Source: Bacteroidia bacterium
GTDB lineage: Bacteria > Bacteroidota > Bacteroidia > M30B66
Direction: 5' to 3'
DNA length: 64,000 nucleotides
Assembly (NCBI GenBank): GCA_965279035.1
Contig: OZ257142.1
Coordinates: forward strand, 3,136,001-3,200,000
This document shows positions 1-10,147 of the stretch, piece by piece. Within the stretch, counting starts at the first letter, position 1. The number at the start of each line of letters is the position of its first letter. Made by a program: the position numbers and the translations under genes. The notes beneath the pieces are model-generated. The model saw only the letters and a program-made list of their open reading frames with translations. It was not told the DNA's origin and searched no databases.

Positions 1-380
1 GTACAAATCAAGCTGCTGAAGTACAAGAAAAAGTAAGTGAGGAAATATCGATGAGTGATCGCATTGTGGTAAAGTCGGGAGCTGATATTCGGATTCTTCC
101 ACTGTCTGAAATTCGGTATTTAGAAGCTTACGATGATTATGTAAAGATTTACACACAAACAGGCATGTTTCTCAAAAAACAAACGCTCGGATATTTTGAA
201 AGAAAGCTTCAAGCTTCTTCATTTTTAAGAATACATCGCTCGTATTTGCTCAACCTCAGCGAACTTACACGCATCGAGCCTGCCGAAAAAGATCAACATC
301 AAGCCATCTTAAAAGATAAAACACGACTTCCCTTAAGCAGAAGCGGTTATGCTCGTTTAAAAGAAGTTCTCGGAATCTAA
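1..380 (+). CDS. LytTR-family response regulator, C-terminal DNA-binding domain (5' truncated by window)
   Basis: Frame is open from the window edge; LytTR motifs IRYLEAYDDYVKI, FLRIHRSYLLN, LPLSRSGY. Confidence 0.9.
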   Translation, partial: TNQAAEVQEKVSEEISMSDRIVVKSGADIRILPLSEIRYLEAYDDYVKIYTQTGMFLKKQTLGYFERKLQASSFLRIHRSYLLNLSELTRIEPAEKDQHQAILKDKTRLPLSRSGYARLKEVLGI

Positions 381-382
381 AT

Positions 383-883
383 CTATTTTCCGGTTAGATG
401 CATTTGCTCAATTTTCAACAATAAATCAATACAGGCGTTGTATTCTTTTTTTCCAAAATGAGCTGTGTATTCCTGTGTTAAATCTCCAATCGCTCTGCGC
501 GATAAAACCACCGTTTCTAACCCAAAATCACTCAAGAAAATGAGCTGACTTCGAGCGTCATCTGGATTAGGCCGAATATCGATCAAATCGAGCTCTAGTA
601 GCTCCTTCAGCGTTTTACTCATCGCTTGTTTTGAAACTAAAAGATCTTGAGCTAAAACACTTGAAGTTGTACCCTTCACTCCAATATGCATGAGAAAAGG
701 CATAAAACCTACTTTCATTCCGGGATGCACATCCCGTGTTAATCGCTCCATCGCCCAACGGTCGAACAAGCGTTTAAGTGAAGATAATATACGAGCAAAA
801 TTCCGGTCTTTCTGTAAAAGATATCCTGAAAGCTCCTTCTCAAAAGAATTTCTTTCTGCTGATGTTAAGGAATGTGATGACAT
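383..883 (-). CDS. MarR-family transcriptional regulator
   Basis: wHTH signature VSKQAMSKTLKEL...PNPDDARSQLIFLS; divergent from an efflux operon. Confidence 0.9.
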   Translation of the reverse strand: MSSHSLTSAERNSFEKELSGYLLQKDRNFARILSSLKRLFDRWAMERLTRDVHPGMKVGFMPFLMHIGVKGTTSSVLAQDLLVSKQAMSKTLKELLELDLIDIRPNPDDARSQLIFLSDFGLETVVLSRRAIGDLTQEYTAHFGKKEYNACIDLLLKIEQMHLTGK

Positions 884-890
884 AATGCTG

Positions 891-950
891 CAAATTTATC
901 TTTTTTTTAATCAACTAGGTTGACCAATTAGTCAACTTAGTTTACATTTG
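891..950. promoter_or_regulatory. Divergent marR/emrA promoters with two palindromic operator-like sites
   Basis: TAAATTTG on - strand (891-898) and TACATTTG on + strand (943-950) match the Bacteroidota -7 consensus; between them ATCAAC-tag-GTTGAC (910-924) and GTCAAC-tta-GTTTAC (931-945). Confidence 0.7.
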
Positions 951-967
951 CCCCCGAAATCTTGACT

Positions 968-2005
968 ATGGAAAACGCCCAACCCAAAAAAAGAAAACCA
1001 ATCGTTTTCATTCTTCCTATCATACTAATAGCTGGAATTTTTTTCGGTGTTAAAACTTGGATGCATAGCAATGCCTTCGAAAGTACCGATAATGCGCAAG
1101 TAGAAACCAATTCAACACCAGTGCTTTCGCGTATTTCGGGCTATGTTGATTCTTTGGGAATTGTCGATTACGATTCGGTAAAAGCGGGACAGTTATTAGT
1201 CAAACTCGATGATCGGGAATACCGCATTGCTGTGATGCAATCGAATGCCGATTTGTTGACAGCCGAAGCCGATGTTCAAGCATCAGCTGCTGGAGAAGCC
1301 AATGCACGTGCTTCGCTTGGTGTAGCAAAAGCGAACTTCGAAACTCAGGAAGTGCGCACTGCAAAAGCAAAAGCCGATTTACAACGCGATGAGCAATTGT
1401 TTCGCGATGGTGCTGCCACGAAAAAACAAGTAGATGATAGTCGTGCTGCTTCACAAACTGCCGATAAACAATCGTATGCAGCTAAAGAGCAAGTAAACCT
1501 TGCCAGTGTTCAAGTGAAAACCGCCGAAGCACAAACTCAAAAAGCATTAGCTGTAGTTGAAGCTCGAAAAGCTGCATTGGAACAAGCACAATTACGTTTG
1601 AGTTATTGTCGCATCACCGCTCCTGCAGCGGGTAGAATTGGAAAACGAAATCTTGGAAAAGGTCAATACGTTCAACCTGGGCAAAACCTATTCACCATTG
1701 TAAGCGGTGATGAATTTTGGATTGTAGCAAATTTCAAAGAAACTCAACTTGAACATCTTCATCAAGGACAAGTGGTTAGCATAAAACTAGATGGCTATAA
1801 AGACAAAGAAGTTAAAGGAAAAATTGCATCATTTTCGGATGCCACTGGTGCCAAGTTCGCTCTGCTCCCACCCGACAACGCAACCGGCAATTTTGTGAAA
1901 GTAACACAACGTATTCCGGTGAAGATTGAACTCGACAATCAAGCTGAATTAAAAGCATTTCTCCGCGCTGGATTAAGTGCTGAAGTGGAAGTTCAACTCG
2001 ACTGA
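968..2005 (+). CDS. emrA: HlyD/EmrA-family efflux membrane fusion protein
   Basis: N-terminal TM, STDNAQV, lipoyl-like halves, LLPPDNATGNFVKVTQRIPVKI motif; ATG at 968. Confidence 0.92.
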   Translation: MENAQPKKRKPIVFILPIILIAGIFFGVKTWMHSNAFESTDNAQVETNSTPVLSRISGYVDSLGIVDYDSVKAGQLLVKLDDREYRIAVMQSNADLLTAEADVQASAAGEANARASLGVAKANFETQEVRTAKAKADLQRDEQLFRDGAATKKQVDDSRAASQTADKQSYAAKEQVNLASVQVKTAEAQTQKALAVVEARKAALEQAQLRLSYCRITAPAAGRIGKRNLGKGQYVQPGQNLFTIVSGDEFWIVANFKETQLEHLHQGQVVSIKLDGYKDKEVKGKIASFSDATGAKFALLPPDNATGNFVKVTQRIPVKIELDNQAELKAFLRAGLSAEVEVQLD

Positions 2006-2007
2006 AA

Positions 2008-3576
2008 ATGTCAGGTTTAGCGCGTTTTATCATCATACTAACAACCGTATCGGCGGCCATTATGGAGCTGATCGATACTTCCATTGTGAATGTGGCTCTT
2101 TCGCAAATAAGCGGAAATCTTGGAGCTACAATCGAAGATGCTTCTTGGGTCATTACAGCCTATGCAATTGCTAATGTGATCATCATTCCCATGACAGGCT
2201 TCTTGGCGCGTTACTTTGGTCGCAAAAACTACTATGTAGCTTCTATCATACTTTTCACCATCGCTTCTTTCATGTGCGGTAATTCGACCAGCCTGTGGGA
2301 GCTCGTTTTTTGGCGGTTTATTCAAGGCATTGGTGGCGGTGCATTGTTATCCACTTCTCAAGGTATTTTATTCGATGCCTTTCCTCCCAATCAACGTGGT
2401 GTCGCTTCTGGATTATTCGGTATGGGAATCGTGCTTGGCCCAACCATCGGTCCCACTCTCGGTGGTTTAATCGTCGACAACTACCACTGGTCATGGATTT
2501 TCGATATTAATATTCCATTTGGAATTTTAGCTACAAGCTTAGCCATTCGGTTTATCGACAAAAAACCCGAAGAGCTTAACATCAACCGATCAGCCATCAC
2601 CATAGATTATTTGGGTGTTCTCTTCTTAGCCATTGGAGTTGGTTCTTTGCAATATGTATTGGAAAAAGGTCAACCCGACGATTGGTTCAATGATTTCTGG
2701 ATACGAACATTTACGTTTAGCGCCATTACAGGCATTGGATTATTTATTTGGAGAGAACTCACGACAGCGCATCCGGTGATCGATCTCAAAGTATTGAAAA
2801 ACACCAACCTCATTGCGAGTAATGTACTCACATTTGTGTGCGGATTTGGCTTATTCGGATCGGTGTTCGTTTTTCCAGTGGTAGTTCAACGCATCATGGG
2901 ATATACACCCACAGAAGCCGGTTTAGCAATTGTTCCAGGAGCTTTGATGGGATTGGTGATGATGCCATTTATTGGGAAACGTCTTCAGGCTGGAACATCG
3001 CCCATTTACTTTGTAGTGATTGGTTTTATAGCCTTTTTCTTGCATGGATATTTATCATCTGTTGCCAATTTAGATGCTGGTAAAAATTGGTTTATCGTTC
3101 CTCAAATTTTCCGTGGAATTGGAACGGCTTGCTTAACTGTCCCTTTAATAAACCAAGCAGTAATTGGATTAGCTCCAAAGGAAATGTCTTCGGGAATTGC
3201 GCTCACCAATATGTTGCGACAATTGGGCGGAGCATTCGGAATCGCCGTAATGAATACCTACGTGTCGCGCCGATATGCGGTTCATCGTACAGATTTAGTC
3301 AGTAATCTCCAACCAAACGATCCTCAAACCATCGATCGCTTAAACTCTTATGCTCAAGGTGCTGTTGCACGTGGTTATAATGCGGTTGATGCGAAACAAA
3401 TGAGTTATGGAATATTGGAAGGCACAGTAAATCGACAAAGTTTTCTGCTTTCCTATATGGATGCCTTTCTCTTGATATCTATATTTTTTATATGTGCAGC
3501 TCCATTCATCTTAATGCTTCGCACTAAAAAACTTGACAAAGCTACTCAGGCGCGTGTTGCCGAAGAAGCTCATTGA
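2008..3576 (+). CDS. emrB: DHA2-family MFS efflux transporter (EmrB/QacA)
   Basis: ELIDTSIVNVAL, WVITAY, RFIQGIGGG, GPTIGPTLGG motifs; many TM segments. Confidence 0.93.
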   Translation: MSGLARFIIILTTVSAAIMELIDTSIVNVALSQISGNLGATIEDASWVITAYAIANVIIIPMTGFLARYFGRKNYYVASIILFTIASFMCGNSTSLWELVFWRFIQGIGGGALLSTSQGILFDAFPPNQRGVASGLFGMGIVLGPTIGPTLGGLIVDNYHWSWIFDINIPFGILATSLAIRFIDKKPEELNINRSAITIDYLGVLFLAIGVGSLQYVLEKGQPDDWFNDFWIRTFTFSAITGIGLFIWRELTTAHPVIDLKVLKNTNLIASNVLTFVCGFGLFGSVFVFPVVVQRIMGYTPTEAGLAIVPGALMGLVMMPFIGKRLQAGTSPIYFVVIGFIAFFLHGYLSSVANLDAGKNWFIVPQIFRGIGTACLTVPLINQAVIGLAPKEMSSGIALTNMLRQLGGAFGIAVMNTYVSRRYAVHRTDLVSNLQPNDPQTIDRLNSYAQGAVARGYNAVDAKQMSYGILEGTVNRQSFLLSYMDAFLLISIFFICAAPFILMLRTKKLDKATQARVAEEAH

Positions 3577-3586
3577 ATTTTCTCCT

Positions 3587-4882
3587 ATGAAAAATACCTT
3601 ACTAATCCTCGTTTTTATTTCAAGTAATATCCTCGCTCAGCCTATTGCTCCAACTCCTTTAAAAGACTTGGTGAATGCATCGTTTGGATATACGCCTCGC
3701 TTAGCAGAACTCGAAACTCAATCCGAATTGCAAGCTGCTCGAACCGATTATATGGCATCTTATCTTTTACCTACGGTGAATGCATTTGGGACGTATAATT
3801 ACATCAACCCAATTGGGCAAGTTCAATTTCCAAGCGGTCCTAATCAATCTTCAACTATCCGATTTCAGCCCAATAACAACCTAAATTTGGGATTGAGTGT
3901 CAATTATTTATTGTTTGATTTTGGTCGTGCTCGCGCAACAATCGACAAAAGCAAAGCAGAACTAACGACTTCAAAGTTGAATATCGAAATTGCTAAAAAC
4001 CAAATTGCTACTCAAGTTGCACAAGTGTATTTTTCATTAGCAAGTTTGAAATCTTCGTTGAGTATTGAAGATAGTTTGATCACAACCTTGGAAGAGAATT
4101 TACGTGTTACAGAAAAAAGAGTAAATAATGGTGATGCCTTGCAGCTTGATTTAATGAATCTACAATCGACTGTAGAGTTGGAAAAAAACCGACGCTTGGA
4201 ATTTCAAGCAGCCTTTGATAAACAGAGAATTCTCTTAGAATACATTACTGGAAAATCTCCATCAGAGTCAGATCTTCGTTTGGATTTTTCGGTAGATGAA
4301 AGACAAGAGATTACTGCATTGCATCAATTGGCAGAATCAACAAATCCCGATTTTGCTGTTGTGAAAAGCAGAACCGAAGCTGCACGTTTGGATGCGCGTC
4401 AAGCTGAACGTGCATTTTTACCGAATTTGAGCGTTACTGCGGGAACCGGATTTCGCAATGGATATCAGCCTGATATTTTCGAGATGCGTTATAATTATGC
4501 TCTTGGTTTTAGCTTAAACGCTCCTTTATATCAAGGTGGAAGATCTCGTATTCAAAAGAAAATTAATGCTTCAACTATGCATCTGAACGACTTGGCTTTG
4601 GACAATCTTCAGAAGTCGACCAAGCGCGATTTACTTCAAGCACAAAGCGATTTGCTTTCAGTAAAAACCCGTTTAGAAAACGCCCAAAATATGGTGAAGA
4701 ATGCGAAAGAAGCAGTTCGCGTTGGAGAAGTTCGTTATGCGAATGGAACAGCCACACATACTGATTTGATGAATGCCATCAGCAATTTACAACGTGTGAA
4801 TTTAAATGTGGTGAATTATACTTATCAACTCTGTCTAGCACGCTTGGAATTAGCAAGATTGACTGGACAACATTGGTGGTAA
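3587..4882 (+). CDS. TolC-family outer membrane efflux protein
   Basis: Signal peptide from ATG 3587; LFDFG and RYANG-type TolC repeats; last gene of the efflux operon. Confidence 0.9.
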   Translation: MKNTLLILVFISSNILAQPIAPTPLKDLVNASFGYTPRLAELETQSELQAARTDYMASYLLPTVNAFGTYNYINPIGQVQFPSGPNQSSTIRFQPNNNLNLGLSVNYLLFDFGRARATIDKSKAELTTSKLNIEIAKNQIATQVAQVYFSLASLKSSLSIEDSLITTLEENLRVTEKRVNNGDALQLDLMNLQSTVELEKNRRLEFQAAFDKQRILLEYITGKSPSESDLRLDFSVDERQEITALHQLAESTNPDFAVVKSRTEAARLDARQAERAFLPNLSVTAGTGFRNGYQPDIFEMRYNYALGFSLNAPLYQGGRSRIQKKINASTMHLNDLALDNLQKSTKRDLLQAQSDLLSVKTRLENAQNMVKNAKEAVRVGEVRYANGTATHTDLMNAISNLQRVNLNVVNYTYQLCLARLELARLTGQHWW

Positions 4883-4902
4883 AAAACAATCACGCAAAGC
4901 GT

Positions 4903-4939
4903 TAAAATAAAAGCCGCAACAGATTGCTCCATTGCGGCT
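4903..4939 (-). terminator. Intrinsic terminator between convergent genes
   Basis: AGCCGCAA (4912-4919) / TTGCGGCT (4932-4939) stem; the A-tract on its left is a U-tract on the - strand. Confidence 0.65.
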
Positions 4940-4958
4940 GTGTTGGGTGGATGACCCT

Positions 4959-6233
4959 TCAGATTTTAAATGCACGGTTGATTTCTTCCATGCTCGAATT
5001 ATTGTCTTTCAATGCAAATGGCAATTGCTCAGCAATTACAGAAAGTAGGTTGTAAATATCTTCAAACGTATGACCTGTAGTAAGTGGAACGCGTAGTCCA
5101 GTGTTTTTATACGGAACACTCGGAAACACACTGAGGTTGATATAAAAACCTTTGTTCATGATACGTGTGACCATATTATAACCAACACCCGGTTTGCCAA
5201 CTCCAATGAAGAAAATGGGTGAATTAGATTCTCCAATAAGTGGCAGTTTGAAACTTTTGCAGGTTTCTACAAAATAGTCAACACGTTTTTGAAGTTCTGC
5301 CTGATGATTTTTAATTTCTGGACTCAAATGCAATTTTGCAGAGGCAATGATAGCGCCCAACATTGGTGGTTGAATAGGTCCTGAAAAAATGAATGTTCCA
5401 CCACAATTCCGAACACGTTTCTTGATTTGTTCATTTGGAAAAACAAGCACACCACCACAAGCTGCAAAGCTTTTTGCTAATCCAGCAACTAAATACAAAC
5501 GTTCGTGAAACGGTTTCTGACTCAACACATAACCGGCTCCATTTTTACCTGCCCAACCTGTTCCATGAGCGTCATCTACATACAAATGAAATTGCTCATA
5601 CGTATCAAGGAGCGTGTATAATTCGTTCAGTGGAAGAAAATCTCCATACATCGAATACACACCATCGGCCATGTACCAGATTTTCTCGTATTTGCCTTTT
5701 AAGTCGTTGATGCGTTCTTCGAGAATATCCATTCGATTATGACGAATCAACTCCACATGAATTCCGCGTGCTTTAACTAATTGTGCTGCAGTTTGAACAC
5801 AGGAATGAACTTGAAGATCCAGAATCACACAATCTCGATCACCAACCAACACCGGAATATTCGAAAGATGTCCCAATGTAACTGTTGGAGCTAACAAAAT
5901 AGGACGTTCAAAAACTGCTTCTAACAAACGCTCTGCTTCGGTATATAAAGTAACAGAAGCATAGGCTCGTGAAGATGAAAACTGCGATCCATACCGAGTA
6001 ACAGCATCCACAACTCCTTGGATTATTGCCGGATGTTTCTCAAGCCCTAAATAACTACATGATCCGAAATTAACAACCTCTTTTCCATTCACATGGATAG
6101 TGCGACCATTAATTTCTTCATCTTCAATCTGCAATTGAGCAATTCCCAAATTAGACGAAATTCGAGTAACCTCATCGATTGTGTCAAGCACTTGCTCGTG
6201 CCTGGTCTTAGTTAATGTAGTCGTTTGGCTCAT
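4959..6233 (-). CDS. PLP-dependent alpha-oxoamine synthase family enzyme (BioF/SPT/KBL fold, aminotransferase class I/II)
   Basis: FGSCSYLGL, DGVYSMYGD, DDAHG, GLAKSF (PLP lysine), FIFSGP motifs; probable start at ATG 6233. Confidence 0.88.
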   Translation of the reverse strand: MSQTTTLTKTRHEQVLDTIDEVTRISSNLGIAQLQIEDEEINGRTIHVNGKEVVNFGSCSYLGLEKHPAIIQGVVDAVTRYGSQFSSSRAYASVTLYTEAERLLEAVFERPILLAPTVTLGHLSNIPVLVGDRDCVILDLQVHSCVQTAAQLVKARGIHVELIRHNRMDILEERINDLKGKYEKIWYMADGVYSMYGDFLPLNELYTLLDTYEQFHLYVDDAHGTGWAGKNGAGYVLSQKPFHERLYLVAGLAKSFAACGGVLVFPNEQIKKRVRNCGGTFIFSGPIQPPMLGAIIASAKLHLSPEIKNHQAELQKRVDYFVETCKSFKLPLIGESNSPIFFIGVGKPGVGYNMVTRIMNKGFYINLSVFPSVPYKNTGLRVPLTTGHTFEDIYNLLSVIAEQLPFALKDNNSSMEEINRAFKI

Positions 6234-6475
6234 GGTCAGGTTGTGTGTGCGTTTTTCAAATTTAATTAAGTGAATACCAAAAAAGTGGGAATTATGAAAG
6301 AAAGATATAGACAGGGTTATCAACAGGAATTGCCTCTATTTTCAACTATTTCCATGAATTTTTGAAAACACTCATATTGATCTCAAATTTTACAATTTCA
6401 ACTTCAGTGATTATTTTATTTTCAAACTAAACGCATGTTCTATCCAATCGGGACGGCTTTTTCTATCTTTGCTGC

Positions 6476-6814
6476 ATGGCACTTAAAAACGACGACGAAA
6501 ACGAAAAGCTCTTCTATACCATTGGTGAAGTTGCCGCGCGTTTCGACGTGAATGCATCGCTCATTCGGTTCTGGGAAAAAGAATTTGATAGCATCAAGCC
6601 GCAGAAAAACAAAAAGGGAAATCGACTTTTTACAAAAGAAGATCTCGATAATTTCCACCTCATTTTTCATTTAGTGAAAGAACGCGGCTATACGTTGCAA
6701 GGTGCCAAACAAAAAATGAAACAGAATAAAGGGGAATTAGAACAAAGTCACGAAGTCGTTAAAAATCTTCAGCGGATTCGGTCATTTCTCGTTGAAATGA
6801 AGAATAGCCTTTAA
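6476..6814 (+). CDS. MerR-family transcriptional regulator
   Basis: YTIGEVA...SLIRFWEKEF...GNRLFT; TATCTTTG at 6464-6471 just upstream. Confidence 0.9.
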   Translation: MALKNDDENEKLFYTIGEVAARFDVNASLIRFWEKEFDSIKPQKNKKGNRLFTKEDLDNFHLIFHLVKERGYTLQGAKQKMKQNKGELEQSHEVVKNLQRIRSFLVEMKNSL

Positions 6815-6844
6815 ACAAGGTTTCATTAATTCTGTTTTGTAAGG

Positions 6845-8866
6845 ATGGATTTTCAGCTCATTTCCGATTTTTCACCAACAGGCGATCAACCCGAAGCAAT
6901 TCGTGAATTGTGCGAAGGTGTTGAACGTGGTGATAAAGCTCAAGTATTATTAGGTGTTACCGGATCAGGTAAAACTTTTACTGTCGCTAATGTTATACAA
7001 CAAACCGGACGACCAACGCTCATTTTAAGTCACAATAAAACCTTAGCAGCGCAACTGTATCAAGAATTCAAAACATTCTTCCCCAAAAATGCGGTCGAGT
7101 ATTTTGTTTCGTATTACGATTATTATCAGCCCGAAGCGTATTTACCTGTTACCAATACCTACATCGAAAAAGATTTACAGATTAACGATGAAATTGAAAA
7201 ACTTCGATTAAGTACAGCCTCTTCCCTACTCTCTGGAAGACGCGATATCATTGTTATTTCTTCAGTTTCCTGCATCTATGGTATGGGAAATCCAGAGAAT
7301 ATTAAATCCAATACAGTCAAAGTGAAGCGCAGTGAAATCATCAGCCGCAATCGCTTTTTACACATGCTCGTTTCGGCTTTGTATTCACGTACAGAAACCG
7401 AATTTAAAAACGGAACTTTTCGCGTGAAAGGTGATACGGTGGATGTATTTATTGGAAATGCATCAGTGGCTTATCGCTTTTATTTCTTCGGTGATGAAAT
7501 AGAACAAATCGAAGTGATTGAACCGGAAAGTGGAGCTCGCATTGAAGAACTCGACAATGTGGTTATTTATCCAGCGACTATTTATGTGGCTAACAAAGAA
7601 ACCATGAAAGACGCCATTTACCTCATTCAAGAGGATATGGTAAAGCAATGCGATTTCTTTAAAGAAGAAGGAAAATACCTCGAAGCAAAACGTTTGGAAG
7701 ATCGTGTTACGTATGATCTGGAGATGATTCGGGAATTAGGATATTGTAGTGGAATTGAAAATTATTCTCGCTATTTTGATGGCAGAATTAAAGGCACTCG
7801 TCCTTTTTGTTTACTCGATTATTTTCCAGACGATTTCCTTATGGTCATTGATGAAAGTCATGTGACGCTTCCTCAAATTAAAGCCATGTATGGTGGAGAT
7901 CGTTCGCGCAAAGTGAATTTGGTAGAATATGGATTCCGCTTACCTGCAGCGATGGATAATCGTCCTTTGCAGTTTGATGAATTTACTGCACTCGTCAACC
8001 AATTAATTTACGTGAGTGCAACACCTGCCGAATATGAGCTCAATCAGAGCGAAGGTATTGTGGTGGAACAACTCATTCGTCCCACTGGATTGCTTGATCC
8101 GATTATTGAAGTGCGTCCAAGCCAAAATCAAATTGACGATTTATTGGAAGCGGTTGATAAGGTTGTGAAGCGCGATGAGCGTGTATTAGTAACGACTTTG
8201 ACCAAACGCATGGCGGAAGAATTATCTAAATACATGACCCGCTTGAATATTCGTTGTCGCTATATTCACTCTGATGTGGATACGATGGAGCGTGTTGAAA
8301 TTTTAGGTGATTTACGTTTGGGTAAATTTGATGTGTTGATTGGTGTGAATTTATTACGCGAAGGATTGGATTTACCTGAAGTATCTTTGGTGGCGATTTT
8401 AGATGCAGATAAAGAAGGATTTTTACGTTCGGTTCGTTCATTAGTACAAACAGTTGGACGTGCTGCTCGTAATGTAAATGGAAGGGTGATCATGTATGCA
8501 GATAAAATCACGGCTTCGATGGCTCAAACAATAGATGAAACCAATCGTCGCAGAGAAAAACAAATCAAATACAACATCGATCACAATATCACTCCAACAC
8601 AAATTGTAAAATCGCACGATAGCATTTTTGCAAAACGCAGCGGAGGAAGCAGTTCATCCTCTTCGCCTCGACCGTATGTAGAAAATGAATCAATTGATTT
8701 AGCAGCTGATCCAGTGGTGAAATACATGAGTAAGGAGCAATTACAAAAGTCGATTGCTCAAACGCGTAAATCGATGGAAAAAGCAGCAAAAGAATTGGAT
8801 TTCCTAGAAGCTGCTCGATTAAGAGATGAATTATTTGCTTTGGAAAAATTACTCAAGGAAAAATGA
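6845..8866 (+). CDS. uvrB: Excinuclease ABC subunit B
   Basis: PTGDQP, GVTGSGKT, YYDYYQPEAY, DESH, C-terminal UVR domain (FLEAARLRD). Confidence 0.98.
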   Translation: MDFQLISDFSPTGDQPEAIRELCEGVERGDKAQVLLGVTGSGKTFTVANVIQQTGRPTLILSHNKTLAAQLYQEFKTFFPKNAVEYFVSYYDYYQPEAYLPVTNTYIEKDLQINDEIEKLRLSTASSLLSGRRDIIVISSVSCIYGMGNPENIKSNTVKVKRSEIISRNRFLHMLVSALYSRTETEFKNGTFRVKGDTVDVFIGNASVAYRFYFFGDEIEQIEVIEPESGARIEELDNVVIYPATIYVANKETMKDAIYLIQEDMVKQCDFFKEEGKYLEAKRLEDRVTYDLEMIRELGYCSGIENYSRYFDGRIKGTRPFCLLDYFPDDFLMVIDESHVTLPQIKAMYGGDRSRKVNLVEYGFRLPAAMDNRPLQFDEFTALVNQLIYVSATPAEYELNQSEGIVVEQLIRPTGLLDPIIEVRPSQNQIDDLLEAVDKVVKRDERVLVTTLTKRMAEELSKYMTRLNIRCRYIHSDVDTMERVEILGDLRLGKFDVLIGVNLLREGLDLPEVSLVAILDADKEGFLRSVRSLVQTVGRAARNVNGRVIMYADKITASMAQTIDETNRRREKQIKYNIDHNITPTQIVKSHDSIFAKRSGGSSSSSSPRPYVENESIDLAADPVVKYMSKEQLQKSIAQTRKSMEKAAKELDFLEAARLRDELFALEKLLKEK

Positions 8867-9291
8867 AATTAATTATTCCTGTTTGTTGCATTATTTTATT
8901 TATTTCTTGCGGAATTCATCGAAATAAATTGGTTGAAATAAAACCTATTTTTCTCGAATCTCAAATGGTAAATAATTTAACGGAAAATTTAAAAGACACG
9001 AGTGGAATTGAATTCGTTTCATATCAAATTTCAGTCGATACTTTAATTCTTCGTGTGAAAGCAATACCTAGCGATCCAAGCGATTTTCATTTCTATATTT
9101 CAGCTCAAAGAACCAAAAGCATTCCTCCACAACAAGCAGCTGTTTTAGTTCGAAAAAATCATTCAGTTAATACGGAAAAAAAGAAAATCGAACTCGTATT
9201 TAAAATTCATTTAAACGATTTACAACAAACACGTCATTCGCTGGTTATTAAGTTGGCAAACGGAAATCAAAATATTCCATATAAGCCATGA
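8863..9291 (+). CDS. Hypothetical lipoprotein
   Basis: Lipobox-like LFISC; ATGA overlap with the uvrB stop. Confidence 0.65.
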   Translation: MKLIIPVCCIILFISCGIHRNKLVEIKPIFLESQMVNNLTENLKDTSGIEFVSYQISVDTLILRVKAIPSDPSDFHFYISAQRTKSIPPQQAAVLVRKNHSVNTEKKKIELVFKIHLNDLQQTRHSLVIKLANGNQNIPYKP

Positions 9292-9917
9292 GTATTCGAT
9301 GGGAACGTCCCAGTTTGAATACGAAGAATCAATCGACATTTGTATTTGAACCTTCAATGACCACGACAACACTGCATTTGCTTCCTGCAATTCAACAACG
9401 TAAAAGCATACGTACATTTTCCAAACAACAAATAACAGAAGAGCAAATTGAATTACTTTTTGAAGCGGCACGTTGGGCTGCATCTTCCATGAATGGGCAA
9501 TCGTGGGAATATATTTATGCTACAAATCACGATCATGTAGGGTTTGAAAAAATTGTTTCTTGTTTATTACCATTTAACCAAGTATGGGCGAAAAATGCAC
9601 CACTATTAATTATTTGTACTGCGCTTAAAAATCACGAAAATGGGAAGCCTTACAAACATGCATGGCATGATGCAGGATTAGCCAATGCTCAATTAGTGCT
9701 TCAAGCTACTTCGATGGGAATGTTTGCTCATATTATGGGAGGTGTTGATTATGAAGCAACTCAGATTAAACTTTCCATTCCTGAAACACACGATGTAGTT
9801 TGTTGTATTGCTATTGGTTTTCAAGGTGACGGAAGTGATTTATCCGAAGAATTAAAACAACGTGAATCAGCTCCACGCATTCGAAAATCCCTTGAAAAAG
9901 TAGCACGTAAAGTCTGA
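9288..9917 (+). CDS. Nitroreductase family protein
   Basis: RKSIRTF, AARWAASSMNGQSW, DAGLA, MGG motifs; true start may be ATG 9357. Confidence 0.9.
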   Translation: MSIRWERPSLNTKNQSTFVFEPSMTTTTLHLLPAIQQRKSIRTFSKQQITEEQIELLFEAARWAASSMNGQSWEYIYATNHDHVGFEKIVSCLLPFNQVWAKNAPLLIICTALKNHENGKPYKHAWHDAGLANAQLVLQATSMGMFAHIMGGVDYEATQIKLSIPETHDVVCCIAIGFQGDGSDLSEELKQRESAPRIRKSLEKVARKV

Positions 9918-9950
9918 ACACTTTATTTAATAAGCTTTTTAAGAAAATTT

Positions 9951-9980
9951 AACAGCGCACATACCAAGCGCTGTTTTTTT
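9951..9980 (+). terminator. Intrinsic terminator
   Basis: AACAGCGC-loop-GCGCTGTT followed by a T-tract. Confidence 0.8.
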
Positions 9981-10147
9981 GTAGTTATAGAATTGTCAAT
10001 CACGACATTTCTGTCTTTTTAATTCCATTTCATTCCAATAAAACACGCTGAATTTCGGCAGGGCATCGTCTTGCTTAAACTTAATAAAATCAAATCGCTA
10101 TTTAATTGCCTATGTGAAAATTCGACCTACAACTCAAACTCTGTCGT

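Noticed and set aside
6317-6325. DnaA-box-like TTATCAACA / possible oriC
   Set aside because: Single box, no cluster and no oriC-associated genes
10060-10076. Sigma-54-like GGCA...TTGC site
   Set aside because: GG-to-GC spacing in the GGCA register is 9 rather than 10; the similar TTGGCA site at 28062-28077 also fails the spacing
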